NCBI GenBank assembly: GCA_963704165.1
Contig: CAVPHD010000004.1
Location: 96,001 to 160,000 of the forward strand
Source: an uncultured delta proteobacterium
GTDB taxonomy: Bacteria; Myxococcota_A; UBA9160; SZUA-336
Direction of reading: 5' to 3'
Length of the DNA stretch: 64,000 bases
Position numbers and translations under genes: made by a program. The notes under the pieces are model-generated. The model ran no database searches, was not told the DNA's origin, and saw nothing but the letters and a program-made list of their open reading frames with translations. This document shows, piece after piece, positions 1 to 9,313 of this stretch. How positions within the stretch are numbered: the first letter of the stretch is position 1; every line of letters starts with the position of its first letter.

Positions 1-741
1 GAGCGTCGCTTCGCGGGCGAGATCGAGGTGGCTGGGTGCAGCCTCGTGTACGCCGCCGGAGATCGGCGCCTGGCCATGCTGTGTGCGGACGGGACGCTCC
101 TGCTGATCACGCTCGACGAGCGTGGCGCCGAAGCCCGGCGCACGCGCAGCGCGGTCTTCTTCGATCCCGAGAAGGATCCGGTGATCGAGAAGCCGGTGCG
201 GCGCGGCGCGAGCCTGTTCTTCGTCTCGTTCCAGGGCTACGTGCACGAGGCGGATCTCTCCGGTGATTCACCGCGCTTCGTCGAGCCGTGGTCGCTCTTC
301 AGCGCTTCGGAACGCAATACGGGCTGGCAATTCGGCGGCTCGCAGCCGCTCGCGCTGCACGAAGCGACGGGGCGGCTCTACGCGCTGGTTCACCAGGGCG
401 GACCGGACGAACACAAGGTGGCCGGCACGGAGATCGCCGTCTACGACGCAAGCCGACACGAGCGCGTGCAGACGATCGAGATCGGGAATCTCGTCGGCGC
501 GTTTCTCGCGTCGCGCATGGAGCTCGCCGAGGGTGGCTGGGGGGCGTGGTTGCTCGAGACGATCGTGCCGAACGCCGGCGCCGACCGGATCGCGGTCACG
601 CAGGATCCGGCGCCGCGACTCATTCTGGTGTCGGCCGACAGCGGGACGGTGGGCGTGCACGATGCCCTGTCGGGAGCGTTCCTGCGCAACATCAACGACG
701 TCGGGCTCTTCCCCGGCGTGATCTCGGCGCCGTGGCGCTGA
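1..741 (+). CDS. mauB: TTQ amine dehydrogenase heavy (beta-propeller) subunit, 5' truncated by window edge
   Basis: Frame open from base 1; GCSLVY..AMLCADG, FFVSFQGYVH, GGSQPLA, HKVAGTEI motifs of MADH/AADH heavy chains; upstream of mauE-D-A. Confidence 0.88.
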   Translation, partial: ERRFAGEIEVAGCSLVYAAGDRRLAMLCADGTLLLITLDERGAEARRTRSAVFFDPEKDPVIEKPVRRGASLFFVSFQGYVHEADLSGDSPRFVEPWSLFSASERNTGWQFGGSQPLALHEATGRLYALVHQGGPDEHKVAGTEIAVYDASRHERVQTIEIGNLVGAFLASRMELAEGGWGAWLLETIVPNAGADRIAVTQDPAPRLILVSADSGTVGVHDALSGAFLRNINDVGLFPGVISAPWR

Positions 742-1268
742 CCGTCGATCCCGCGCTCGCGCTCGCCGCGCGCCTGGGTCTCGCGCTGCTCTTCGCGAGC
801 GCCGCGTGGCACAAGCTCCGCGACCTCGAGGTCTTCCGCACGGCGCTCGAAGGCTATCGGCTCGTTCCACGGCCGGCGGAAGGGGTTGCGGTCTTCGCGC
901 TGATCGCGTGCGAGCTCGCGATCGCGGGAGCACTCGTGCGGTCGTCTCTCGGTGGGCTTCCGGCCGCATTGCTTCTCACGCTCTACACCGCCGCGATCGC
1001 TCTGAGTCTCGCGCGCGGTCTGCGCGAGATCGATTGCGGCTGCTTCGGGCCGGCCGCACGCCAGCCGCTCTCGGCCGGCCTGGTCGTCCGCAACCTGGGG
1101 ATGATCGCCCTGGCCCTCGTCTGCACGCTGCCCGCCGGGCCGCGCACGCTGATCTGGCTCGACGTCGTCTCGATCGGCGCCGCCGTCGGGCTCGGCGCAA
1201 TCCTGTACGGCACCGCGAACACCTTGCTCGCGAACGCGCCGCGCCTGCGCGCGCTGCGGGGCGCTTGA
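732..1268 (+). CDS. mauE: MauE membrane maturation protein
   Basis: Hydrophobic protein with LFASAAWHK and IDCGCFG motifs; GTG at 732 overlaps mauB end (start approximate). Confidence 0.88.
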   Translation: MALTVDPALALAARLGLALLFASAAWHKLRDLEVFRTALEGYRLVPRPAEGVAVFALIACELAIAGALVRSSLGGLPAALLLTLYTAAIALSLARGLREIDCGCFGPAARQPLSAGLVVRNLGMIALALVCTLPAGPRTLIWLDVVSIGAAVGLGAILYGTANTLLANAPRLRALRGA

Positions 1269-1873
1269 TGGAACAGGCGCTCTTGATCTCGAACGTGCTG
1301 CTCTGGATCGCGGTGCTCGCGCTCGCCGCGCTCGTCTTCGCGCTCGTCCGCCAGATCGGCATCCTGTACGAGCGCGTCGCACCGGCCGGTGCGCTGATGC
1401 TCGCAGGTGGCCCGAAGGTGGGCGAGGCGGCGCCGCATTTCCACCTCGACGACGTTCTCGGCCGCACGGTCTCGCTCGGCGGCGATGATCCCGAGCGACG
1501 CTCGACGCTGCTTTTCTTCGTCTCGCCGACCTGCCCGGTCTGCAAGACGCTCCTGCCCGTGGCGAAGTCGCTCGCTTCTCGCGAGTCGGATCACGTGCGG
1601 CTCGTGTTCGCCAGCGATGGGCACGCGGACGATCACGAAGCGTTCGTGCGCAAGCACGGGCTCGACGCCTGGCCCTACGTCGTCTCGACCGAGCTCGGGT
1701 TGGCGCACCAGGTCGGCAAGCTCCCGCACGCGGTTCTCTGGGACTCGCGCGGGATCGTGCGCGCGAAGGGCCTCGTGAACTCGCGCGAGCATCTGGAGAG
1801 CCTGTTCGAGGCGATGGATCGCGGTGTGGCCTCGATCCAGGAATACCTTTCGAGATCGGGAGGATCGCGATGA
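1268..1873 (+). CDS. mauD: MauD thioredoxin-like maturation protein
   Basis: N-terminal TM, RQIGILYERVAPAGAL, SPTCPVCK, AKGLVNSREHLESL; TGATG coupling to mauE. Confidence 0.93.
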   Translation: MEQALLISNVLLWIAVLALAALVFALVRQIGILYERVAPAGALMLAGGPKVGEAAPHFHLDDVLGRTVSLGGDDPERRSTLLFFVSPTCPVCKTLLPVAKSLASRESDHVRLVFASDGHADDHEAFVRKHGLDAWPYVVSTELGLAHQVGKLPHAVLWDSRGIVRAKGLVNSREHLESLFEAMDRGVASIQEYLSRSGGSR

Positions 1874-2418
1874 GCTGGCTCGACTCGACACTCGAGCGTT
1901 CCGCGCGCAGGGCCGCACGCAGCATCTCGCGGCGGAGCTTCCTCGCGCGACTGGGCTCGGCGCTGGTCGGTGGAGCGGCGCTGCCGCTGCTTCCAGTCTC
2001 GCGGGCGCACGCGGACTCCGGCGAGTCTGCGCGCGTGCCCGCACCGACCGACGCGGGCATCACGGGAGCGCTCGGAGATCCGGCGAGCTGCGAGTACTGG
2101 CGGCACTGCGCGATCGACGGCTTTCTCTGCAGTTGCTGCGGCGGAAGCCAGACCTCGTGCCCGCCGGGTACGCAGATGTCGCCCGTGACCTGGATCGGCA
2201 CGTGTCGGAACCCGGCCGACGGCAAGGACTACGTGATCAGCTACAACGACTGTTGTGGGAAGGACTACTGCGGCCGCTGCATCTGCAACCGCAACGAGGG
2301 CGACAAGCCCGCCTACATCACGCCGCGATCGAACGACATCAATTGGTGTCTCGCGGCCGAGAGCACCGTCTACAACTGCTCGACCGCGATCGTGATCGGA
2401 ATGGCGACGGAGCGCTGA
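1870..2418 (+). CDS. mauA: TTQ-bearing amine dehydrogenase light chain (AauA/MauA family)
   Basis: Tat motif SRRSFL; CEYWRHCAIDG, TWIGTC and NDINWC carry both TTQ tryptophans; Cys-rich; ATGA overlap with mauD. Confidence 0.95.
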   Translation: MSWLDSTLERSARRAARSISRRSFLARLGSALVGGAALPLLPVSRAHADSGESARVPAPTDAGITGALGDPASCEYWRHCAIDGFLCSCCGGSQTSCPPGTQMSPVTWIGTCRNPADGKDYVISYNDCCGKDYCGRCICNRNEGDKPAYITPRSNDINWCLAAESTVYNCSTAIVIGMATER

Positions 2419-2425
2419 CGCCGAC

Positions 2426-3679
2426 TCACAGGTGGTAGCCTTCCTCGCCGTGGACGGCGATGTCGAGTCCCCGACGCTCGTCGGTTTCCCCGACACGCAG
2501 GCCGGTCAGCGCCATGACCACGCGCAGGATCACCCATGTGATCGCGACCGTGTAGACGACCGCGAAGCTGGCGACGCCGAGCTGAATGCCGAGCTGTCGG
2601 CCGATGGCGAGCCCGACCTGGTTCCCACCGAACACGTCCGAGGCGAAGATCGCGACCAGCACGGTGCCGAGGAAGCCACCGACGCCGTGCACGCCGAAGA
2701 CGTCGAGTGAGTCGTCGTAGCCGAAGCGCCGCTTGACCGCGGTCGACGCGTACCAGCAGACCGCGCCGGACGCCGAGCCGATCGCGAGTGCACCGACCGG
2801 ACCGACGAAGCCCGAGGCCGGAGTCACCGCCGCGAGCCCCGCGACCGCGCCCGTCGCGAGTCCGAGCACCGACGGGCGCCCGTAGCGCACCCACTCGATC
2901 GCCATCCAGACCAGTGCCGCCGCCGATGCGGAGACGTGCGTCGCGACGAGCGCCGTCGCCGCGGTGCCGTTCGCGGCGAGCGCGCTGCCGGCGTTGAATC
3001 CGAACCAGCCCACCCAGAGCATGCCCGTTCCCGTCAGGGTCATCGTCAAGTTGTGGGGAGGCATGGCGGTGCGCGGGTAGCCGTTGCGTGGGCCGATCAC
3101 GATGCACGCGACCAGCGCCGCGATTCCCGCGGTGATGTGCACGACGATACCGCCCGCGAAGTCGAAGACGCCGATGTCGGCGAAGAGCGCGCCCTGACCA
3201 CCCCAGACCATGTGACAGATCGGGAGGTACACGAGGATCAGCCAGGCACCGCTGAAGAGCAGGAGAGCCGCGAAGTTCATCCGTTCGGCGAACGCGCCGA
3301 CGATCAGCGCGGGTGTGATGATCGCGAAGGTGAGCTGATAGGCGAAGAAGAGCGGTTCCGGAATCGTGCCCCAGAGCGTTTCGGCGCCGATCCCGGCCAG
3401 GAACGCCTTCGACAGCCCTCCGACGAACGAGTGCAGGCCGATCGCGCCCTTCTCGTACCCGGTCGGCTCGAACGCGACGCTGTAGCCGAAGGCGAGCCAG
3501 AGGATCGTCACCAACGCGGTGATCGCGAAGCACTGCATCAGCACCGAGAGCACGTTCTGCGTGCGGACCAGCCCGCCGTAGAAGAGCGCGAGCCCCGGCA
3601 GGGTCATGAAGAGCACCAGGGCCGTGGACGTAAGGATCCACGCGGTGCTTCCGGTATCGAGCGCAGTCAGGCTTTCCAT
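2426..3679 (-). CDS. amtB: Ammonium transporter (Amt family)
   Basis: LALFYGGLVR, DFAGGIVVH, LWVGWFGFNAGS, YDDSLDVFGVHG; both pore His present; GGAGGGGAG SD before ATG 3679. Confidence 0.96.
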   Translation of the reverse strand: MESLTALDTGSTAWILTSTALVLFMTLPGLALFYGGLVRTQNVLSVLMQCFAITALVTILWLAFGYSVAFEPTGYEKGAIGLHSFVGGLSKAFLAGIGAETLWGTIPEPLFFAYQLTFAIITPALIVGAFAERMNFAALLLFSGAWLILVYLPICHMVWGGQGALFADIGVFDFAGGIVVHITAGIAALVACIVIGPRNGYPRTAMPPHNLTMTLTGTGMLWVGWFGFNAGSALAANGTAATALVATHVSASAAALVWMAIEWVRYGRPSVLGLATGAVAGLAAVTPASGFVGPVGALAIGSASGAVCWYASTAVKRRFGYDDSLDVFGVHGVGGFLGTVLVAIFASDVFGGNQVGLAIGRQLGIQLGVASFAVVYTVAITWVILRVVMALTGLRVGETDERRGLDIAVHGEEGYHL

Positions 3680-3860
3680 GGATCGGACTCCCCTCCGGCC
3701 GCGCGCCTTTATACACTGCCGCGGAGCGGTCCGTCCCGAGAACTCGCGATCTGCCCATTCCGCCGGCTGGTTCTTCCGAGGTCGCGGTCGCGTGTCCTTG
3801 CCGCGCCCGTCGGGCGCGCGTAACGTCCGATCGATGGCACGAGCGGAGAGGCGCGCGGCG

Positions 3861-4598
3861 ATGCCGATCTCCGGAGCTCTACCCCCGGCGAGCGGCGTCC
3901 CGCCGATCGAGCCCGGGTCGCCGCGGAACGCGATCATCCTCGCCGCTCTGGTCGTGACCTGCGTCGCGGTCGTCTATCTCTCGCCGCTCCGCGAGTATGT
4001 GGACGAGATCGAGAGCGGTGTGCGCTCGGAGTGGCTTCACGAGCTTCGCACCCGTGCCGACGCCGCTGGAGTCGCGGCCGCGATCACCTTCATCAGCGGC
4101 GGATCGGTCGGAGTGGCGGTGGGAATCCCGCGCCTCGCGGTGGCCTTCGTCGCCGGGGCGGTCTTCGGGTGGATCGAAGGAACCGTCCTCGCGCAGATCG
4201 CCACGATCCTCGGCTGCTGGGCGACCTTTGCGATCGGCCGGGGGCTCGGTCACGGCTGGGTCGACGGGATCGTCGCGCGTCGGTTGCCGCGCGCGAAGGC
4301 GCTGCTCGACTTCATATCGCGCAACGAGTTCGTCGCGAATCTCGTCCTCCGACTCACCCCGGTCGGTAATTCGTTCGCGACCAATCTGCTCTTCTCCGTC
4401 AGCTCCGCATCACCGCGGACGTTCCTCGCGGCGACGTTTCTGGGCGCGTTCCCGGGAACCGCGGTTGCCGCCCTGCTCGGGAGTGCGGCAAAGGGAACCG
4501 AGCTCGCATCCCGGCTCGTCGGCGGCACTCTCTCCCTCGTCGCGATCAGCGTCGGCGCCGCCTGGTGGATCCGGCATCTTCGGGGCCGAGAGGGCTGA
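3861..4598 (+). CDS. DedA/TVP38 (VTT) family membrane protein
   Basis: GAVFGWIEG..LGCWATFAIGR and LRLTP motifs; start 3861 has an SD-like GGAGAGG (3834 alternative). Confidence 0.8.
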   Translation: MPISGALPPASGVPPIEPGSPRNAIILAALVVTCVAVVYLSPLREYVDEIESGVRSEWLHELRTRADAAGVAAAITFISGGSVGVAVGIPRLAVAFVAGAVFGWIEGTVLAQIATILGCWATFAIGRGLGHGWVDGIVARRLPRAKALLDFISRNEFVANLVLRLTPVGNSFATNLLFSVSSASPRTFLAATFLGAFPGTAVAALLGSAAKGTELASRLVGGTLSLVAISVGAAWWIRHLRGREG

Positions 4599-6038
4599 TT
4601 GGAGACGACGCGATCGCGCGCGAATCGGGTGCTCGAAAAGAGTCGCTTCGTCCTCGCCTCGATCGCCTTGCTCACGCCCTGCTTCTGGCAGTCGCGGATT
4701 CAGGCGGGGGATCTTGCGAGTCACTCGTACAACGCCTGGCTGGCGGAGCGGATCGCGAGCGGCGGGGCGCCGGGCCTTCGCATCGTCGGCCAGACCACCA
4801 ACGTCCTCTTCGACCTGATCCTCGGTGTGCTCTCGCGCGGCGTTGGCTCCGGTGCGGCCGAGCGTGTCTCGGTTGCGCTCGCCGTGCTGACGTTCGCGTG
4901 GGGCGCGTTCGCCTTCGTCTCGACCGTTTCCGGGCGCCGCGCGTGGAACCTCTTTCCGTGCATCGCGATGCTGGCGTATGGCTGGGTCTTTCACATCGGG
5001 TTCTTCAACTTCTATCTCGGACTCGGGCTCTCCCTCTGGGCGCTCGCACTGAGCTGGAGCTTCGCGCCCGTTCGCGTGGCCGCCGCTCTGCCGATCCTGG
5101 CGCTCGCCTGGCTCGCGCACGCGCTGCCCGTCGTCTGGGCGATCGCGCTCTTCGCGTTCGCATTTCTCTGGCAGCGTCTTCCAGCGCGACTTCGTCCGTT
5201 CGCAGCCTGCGCGGCGATCGCGCTTCTCGTCTTCGCGAGCGCGCTGATCTCGCAGCGCTTCCCGTCGAGGTGGTCGCTCGGACAGGCCGCGCTGATGACG
5301 GGTGCGGATCAGCTTCGGGTCTTCGACCGCAAGTACGACCTGCTCGCGCTCGCGCTCTTCGCGGTCTGGAGCGTCGCGATCACGAGGTCGATCCGAACCG
5401 ACGGGCCTCGTCGGGTCTTCTCGGGCCTCGATCTCCAGCTCTTTCTCCTGTGCGCGGCGGCTGTCTTCGTCGTCCCCGGCAAGATCCAGCTTCCCGGCTA
5501 CGGACACGCGCTCGTCTTCATCGCAGAGCGCATGTCACTCACCGCGGCCGTTTTGGCCTGTGCGGTCGTGGCGCGGCTGGGTCGGGGAAGTTCGGGACTC
5601 CTGTTCACGGGCATCGCCGTGGTCTTCTTCGCGTTTCTCTACCGCGACGAGCGCATCCTGAATCAGTTCGAGGATCAGCTCGTCGCGATCGTCGAACGCA
5701 TCCCGGCCGGGCAGCGCGTCGTCCTCGGTGTCCGGGATCCGACTCTGCGCGTGAACGCGCTCGCACACACGATCGATCGGGCCTGCATCGGCCGTTGCTT
5801 CAGCTATGCGAACTACGAGGCGTCGACGTCGCAGTTCCGCATCCGCGCCGACGCGCCGAACCCGATCGTGATCTCCGACTACGCGGGTTCCTCTGCGCTG
5901 CAGAACGGCGGCTATCGGGTGCGCGAGCGCGACCTGCCGCTCTTCGAGATCGCGTTCGCGCCGGACGGCGGGTTCGAAGCGCGCAGGCTCGCAGCCGGCA
6001 CTCGGACGAGAGTGGCGCAAGTCGAGATTCTCCGATGA
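4599..6038 (+). CDS. Multi-pass membrane protein, putative GT-C-fold glycosyltransferase
   Basis: About 10-11 hydrophobic segments, DLASHSYNA in first loop, GFFNFYLG, soluble C-terminal domain; abuts DedA stop. Confidence 0.5.
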   Translation: METTRSRANRVLEKSRFVLASIALLTPCFWQSRIQAGDLASHSYNAWLAERIASGGAPGLRIVGQTTNVLFDLILGVLSRGVGSGAAERVSVALAVLTFAWGAFAFVSTVSGRRAWNLFPCIAMLAYGWVFHIGFFNFYLGLGLSLWALALSWSFAPVRVAAALPILALAWLAHALPVVWAIALFAFAFLWQRLPARLRPFAACAAIALLVFASALISQRFPSRWSLGQAALMTGADQLRVFDRKYDLLALALFAVWSVAITRSIRTDGPRRVFSGLDLQLFLLCAAAVFVVPGKIQLPGYGHALVFIAERMSLTAAVLACAVVARLGRGSSGLLFTGIAVVFFAFLYRDERILNQFEDQLVAIVERIPAGQRVVLGVRDPTLRVNALAHTIDRACIGRCFSYANYEASTSQFRIRADAPNPIVISDYAGSSALQNGGYRVRERDLPLFEIAFAPDGGFEARRLAAGTRTRVAQVEILR

Positions 6039-6083
6039 CTGGCGAGCGAGCGGCGCCGGCGCGCGGGTCGCTACGTTTGCCCC

Positions 6084-6092
6084 TGCTATAGT
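6084..6092 (+). promoter_or_regulatory. Extended -10 promoter element TGcTATAGT
   Basis: Near-consensus TGnTATAAT followed by SD GAGGGAG and ATG 6113. Confidence 0.55.
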
Positions 6093-6112
6093 TCGAACGA
6101 GGGAGTCTCAGC

Positions 6113-6895
6113 ATGTCACGTGTGCGAAGGCTGCTCGTGCAAGCGCTTCGCGACGTCTCGTTCGTTCCGCGCGGAACGACTCGCGGCGTCTTCATCCTCG
6201 GCATGCACCGGAGCGGGACCTCCGCACTGACCGGCATGCTCGCCGATCACGGTCTGACTCTCGTGGACGGCGCGGAAAGCAATCCGCTCGACGTCTCGGC
6301 GGCGAATCCGCGTGGAAATCTCGAGGATCGACGCTTCCGCGACGTGAACGAGGGACTTCTGATCGCGAATGGCGGATCGTGGGATCGCCCGCAGCCGATT
6401 CGCCGCATCCCCTGGATCTTTCGGGTCCGGGCCCGACAGATCGAGAACCAGCTGACGCAGATGCCCGCTCGCTGGGGGATGAAGGATCCCCGCACGCTTC
6501 TGTGTTGGGAGCTCTGGCGGGACGCCGACGCCGACCGCGTCGGCACCATTCGCCATCCGGCCAACGTGATCGAATCGCTCCGCAAACGACATCCCGAACG
6601 CCATTCCACCGAGGTGTGGGAGCAGACGTGGTGCGTGTACAATCGGGCCCTCGTGGACCTCTATCGTGAGCGGCCGTTTCCGATCGTGGATTTCGACTGG
6701 CCCGTCGATCGCTATCGGCGCGTCGTCGACGAGCTTGCGCGTTCGCTCGATCTGCGCGGGAACGGTGGCGGATTCTTCGACACGGAGTTCCGACGCCACG
6801 TCGGTCGCGGCGAGGTGCGTGATCCGGCGGTTCGAAAGCTGCACGAGCAGCTGGTCGAGATCGCAGAGGTCGAGGCGGAGAAACTCACGCGGTGA
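6113..6895 (+). CDS. Sulfotransferase-family protein
   Basis: PAPS-loop GMHRSGTS, NPRGNLED, WGMKDPR, RHP. Confidence 0.82.
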   Translation: MSRVRRLLVQALRDVSFVPRGTTRGVFILGMHRSGTSALTGMLADHGLTLVDGAESNPLDVSAANPRGNLEDRRFRDVNEGLLIANGGSWDRPQPIRRIPWIFRVRARQIENQLTQMPARWGMKDPRTLLCWELWRDADADRVGTIRHPANVIESLRKRHPERHSTEVWEQTWCVYNRALVDLYRERPFPIVDFDWPVDRYRRVVDELARSLDLRGNGGGFFDTEFRRHVGRGEVRDPAVRKLHEQLVEIAEVEAEKLTR

Positions 6896-8043
6896 ATCAC
6901 GAGACCAAGAGTGATTGGCCGGAGCCAGGGCAGAAGGTTCGGCGGAAGCTGCGTGTGCTCTACGTCATGGCGCAGCTCCGGCCGTCTTCGAACATCGGTG
7001 GAATGGGGCGCGTGGCGTGGGGCGCGGCGCGCGCGCTGGTTCGCCGCGGGCACGACCTTCACTTCACGGGGCCGCCCGCCGGCATCGAGCTCGGTGAGCT
7101 TCGGCCGGAGCCCGGCATCGAGCTCCATCCGTGTCCGTCGGGCGGGCGTCTCGTCCACCTTGCCGCGCTGCTGCGCATCCAGCACCGGATCCGCGCCGAC
7201 GTCATCCACTTCCACTCGTCGCTGCCGCACGGCGAGCTTCTGGTTCCGCTTCGTCTTCTGCGCGCGTTCCTCGGGAATCCGCGACTCATCGTGACTCCCC
7301 ACACGGCCGCACGCTCGGACTATCCGAAGCTCCGGGCGAAGAGCGGGCTCCTCGGTGCGGATGGAGTCGTCACCGTGTCGCGTTGGAGCGCCGATGCTGC
7401 GATCCGCGCCGGCGCGCGCGCCGAGCGTTGCTTCGTCGTGCACGCGGGCATCGATCCCGTTCCCGGTCTTTCGACCAAGCGCCTGCCCGTCGTGGTCGCG
7501 CTCGGCCGACTGAAACGTGTCAAGGGATTCGACGTCTTGATCGAAGCCTTCGACCGCGCGGCCGCGGGGCGGCCCGAATGGAGGCTTCGCATCGGCGGTG
7601 AAGGCGAGGAACGCGAAAGACTCACGGCGCAGGCGCGCGCCGCTCGCGCGGCCGATCGGATCGAGATCCTCGGCGGGGTCTACGGCGAAGCGAAGCAGCG
7701 TCTGCTCGGTGAAGCGGCGATCGGTGTCGTGCCGTCGCGCGCGGAGAACTTCCCGGGGACGTTGCTCGAGTTCCAGGCGCACGGCCTCGCCTGCATCGGG
7801 AGCGAAGTCGGGGGCATTCCGGAGCTGGCGCGTGGCGGCGCCGCAGCGCTCGTTCCCGCGGGAAGTCCCGATCCGCTGGTCGAGAAGCTCTCGGAGCTGA
7901 TGGACGACGCGGACCTGCGCAGCGAGATGGGTCGAGCCGCCGAGCGTCTCGCCGCGGTGCTCGAATGGGACGCGATCGGAGCGCAGCTCGAGCGCGCGTA
8001 CTTCGCGATCCTCGACGCGGCGAAGGGAGTCCGACCCACGTGA
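6892..8043 (+). CDS. Glycosyltransferase family 4
   Basis: GGMGR, GRLKRVKG, PSRAENFPGTLLE (EX7E); GTGA overlap. Confidence 0.9.
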   Translation: MNHETKSDWPEPGQKVRRKLRVLYVMAQLRPSSNIGGMGRVAWGAARALVRRGHDLHFTGPPAGIELGELRPEPGIELHPCPSGGRLVHLAALLRIQHRIRADVIHFHSSLPHGELLVPLRLLRAFLGNPRLIVTPHTAARSDYPKLRAKSGLLGADGVVTVSRWSADAAIRAGARAERCFVVHAGIDPVPGLSTKRLPVVVALGRLKRVKGFDVLIEAFDRAAAGRPEWRLRIGGEGEERERLTAQARAARAADRIEILGGVYGEAKQRLLGEAAIGVVPSRAENFPGTLLEFQAHGLACIGSEVGGIPELARGGAAALVPAGSPDPLVEKLSELMDDADLRSEMGRAAERLAAVLEWDAIGAQLERAYFAILDAAKGVRPT

Positions 8044-8921
8044 GGAAGACCGTCGCCACGATCCTGTCGACCAATTTTGCGGGCTCGCACTTCCTGTCGC
8101 TCATGCTCGGCAGTCACTCGCGCGCCCTCCACGTGGGCGAGGTCCGGCGGCTGCGCAAGCAACCTCAAACCAAGCATCCTTGCTTCGTTTGCGAAGCCTC
8201 GGGCGAGTGCGAGCTCTTCCGCGACATTCCAGCCGACGGTCTCGGCGAGCTCTGGCCGACGATCTTCTCGCGAGTTCCGGACTCGATCGAGGTTCTCGTC
8301 GACAACTCCAAGAAGCCCGTCTGGGCCGAGCGGTTTCTGAAGGACGATCGCTACGCGAAGAAGTACGTGCACTTGATCCGCGATCCGCGCGCGCTGATGA
8401 GGCGCTGGGCGAGCGACTACGACGACTGGCCGCGGCGCTTCGAGCAGCGTCTGACCTGGGGGCGCCGTCGTCCCGATCTGTTTCCGTCGATGCTGCGCTC
8501 CGGTCACCGGCGGTTCTTCCTGTACAAGTGGCTCGCGAAGAATCAGGAGATCACGAAGTTCGTGCGCACGAATCGACTCGACTGCGCGATCGTCACGTAC
8601 CGTGACCTCGCGCTCTTCCCGGACGAGACGCTCGCGCGACTCGATCGGTTTCTGGGACTCGAACCGGAGGCCGGTCAGAAGGAATACTGGAACTTCGAGC
8701 ATCACGGCTCGCAGAAGCCCGCCTACGAATGGGTCAAGACCGAGCACAAGCAGTTCCTCGATCTGCGCTGGAAGGAGTTCCTCTCCGAGGAGGACCAGAG
8801 GTGGGTGCTCCAAGAGTCACGCGTACGCCGCTATCTCGCCGAGGTCGGCCTCGAGTTCGTCGAGGACGGACTCACGCTGAAGAAGGCGGGAGCGAGCTAC
8901 TCCCAGCCGATCACCTCGTAG
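8040..8921 (+). CDS. Divergent sulfotransferase-like protein
   Basis: AGSHFLSLMLGSH..HVGE, VDNSK, HLIRDPRA, YRDL; GTGA overlap with GT4. Confidence 0.7.
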   Translation: MRKTVATILSTNFAGSHFLSLMLGSHSRALHVGEVRRLRKQPQTKHPCFVCEASGECELFRDIPADGLGELWPTIFSRVPDSIEVLVDNSKKPVWAERFLKDDRYAKKYVHLIRDPRALMRRWASDYDDWPRRFEQRLTWGRRRPDLFPSMLRSGHRRFFLYKWLAKNQEITKFVRTNRLDCAIVTYRDLALFPDETLARLDRFLGLEPEAGQKEYWNFEHHGSQKPAYEWVKTEHKQFLDLRWKEFLSEEDQRWVLQESRVRRYLAEVGLEFVEDGLTLKKAGASYSQPITS

Positions 8922-9313
8922 CCCTTGTCGCCGAGACAGCGCTCGACGAAGCGGCGGTAGACCGGGTTGGGCTCGCGTCCGCGAAAGATCGAGCGAACGA
9001 TGCCACCGGCGGCGCCCGCGGCCGCGCCCGCTCCGGCACCGCGTCCGGCGCTGCCGAGCACCGCGCCCGCGGCCGCTCCGGTCGCACCGCCCACCACGGC
9101 ACCCTCGGCCGCATCGCCCGCGGCGCGCCGCGCGCGCGAGGGGTTCTCGGTGTACTCCTTGGCGGTGGCCTCGCAGTACGCGATGTCGCGATCGACCTCC
9201 TCCTGGTAGACCTGCTCGAGCTTGGAGTTGGGATAGAGGACCGGCGCGTAGGCGCGGCAGCCGATCGCGAGGCAGGCCAGAAGTGCCAGCGGGAGGGCGT
9301 TTCCGAGCCTCAT
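8897..9313 (-). CDS. Glycine-zipper lipoprotein
   Basis: Lipobox LAIGC, DIAYC, GAVVGGATGAAAGAVLG, RCLGDKGYEV. Confidence 0.8.
   Translation of the reverse strand: MRLGNALPLALLACLAIGCRAYAPVLYPNSKLEQVYQEEVDRDIAYCEATAKEYTENPSRARRAAGDAAEGAVVGGATGAAAGAVLGSAGRGAGAGAAAGAAGGIVRSIFRGREPNPVYRRFVERCLGDKGYEVIGWE

Noticed and set aside
1..2418. Evidence of methylotrophy
   Set aside because: Light chain looks AADH-like and no C1 genes are in the window; substrate cannot be inferred
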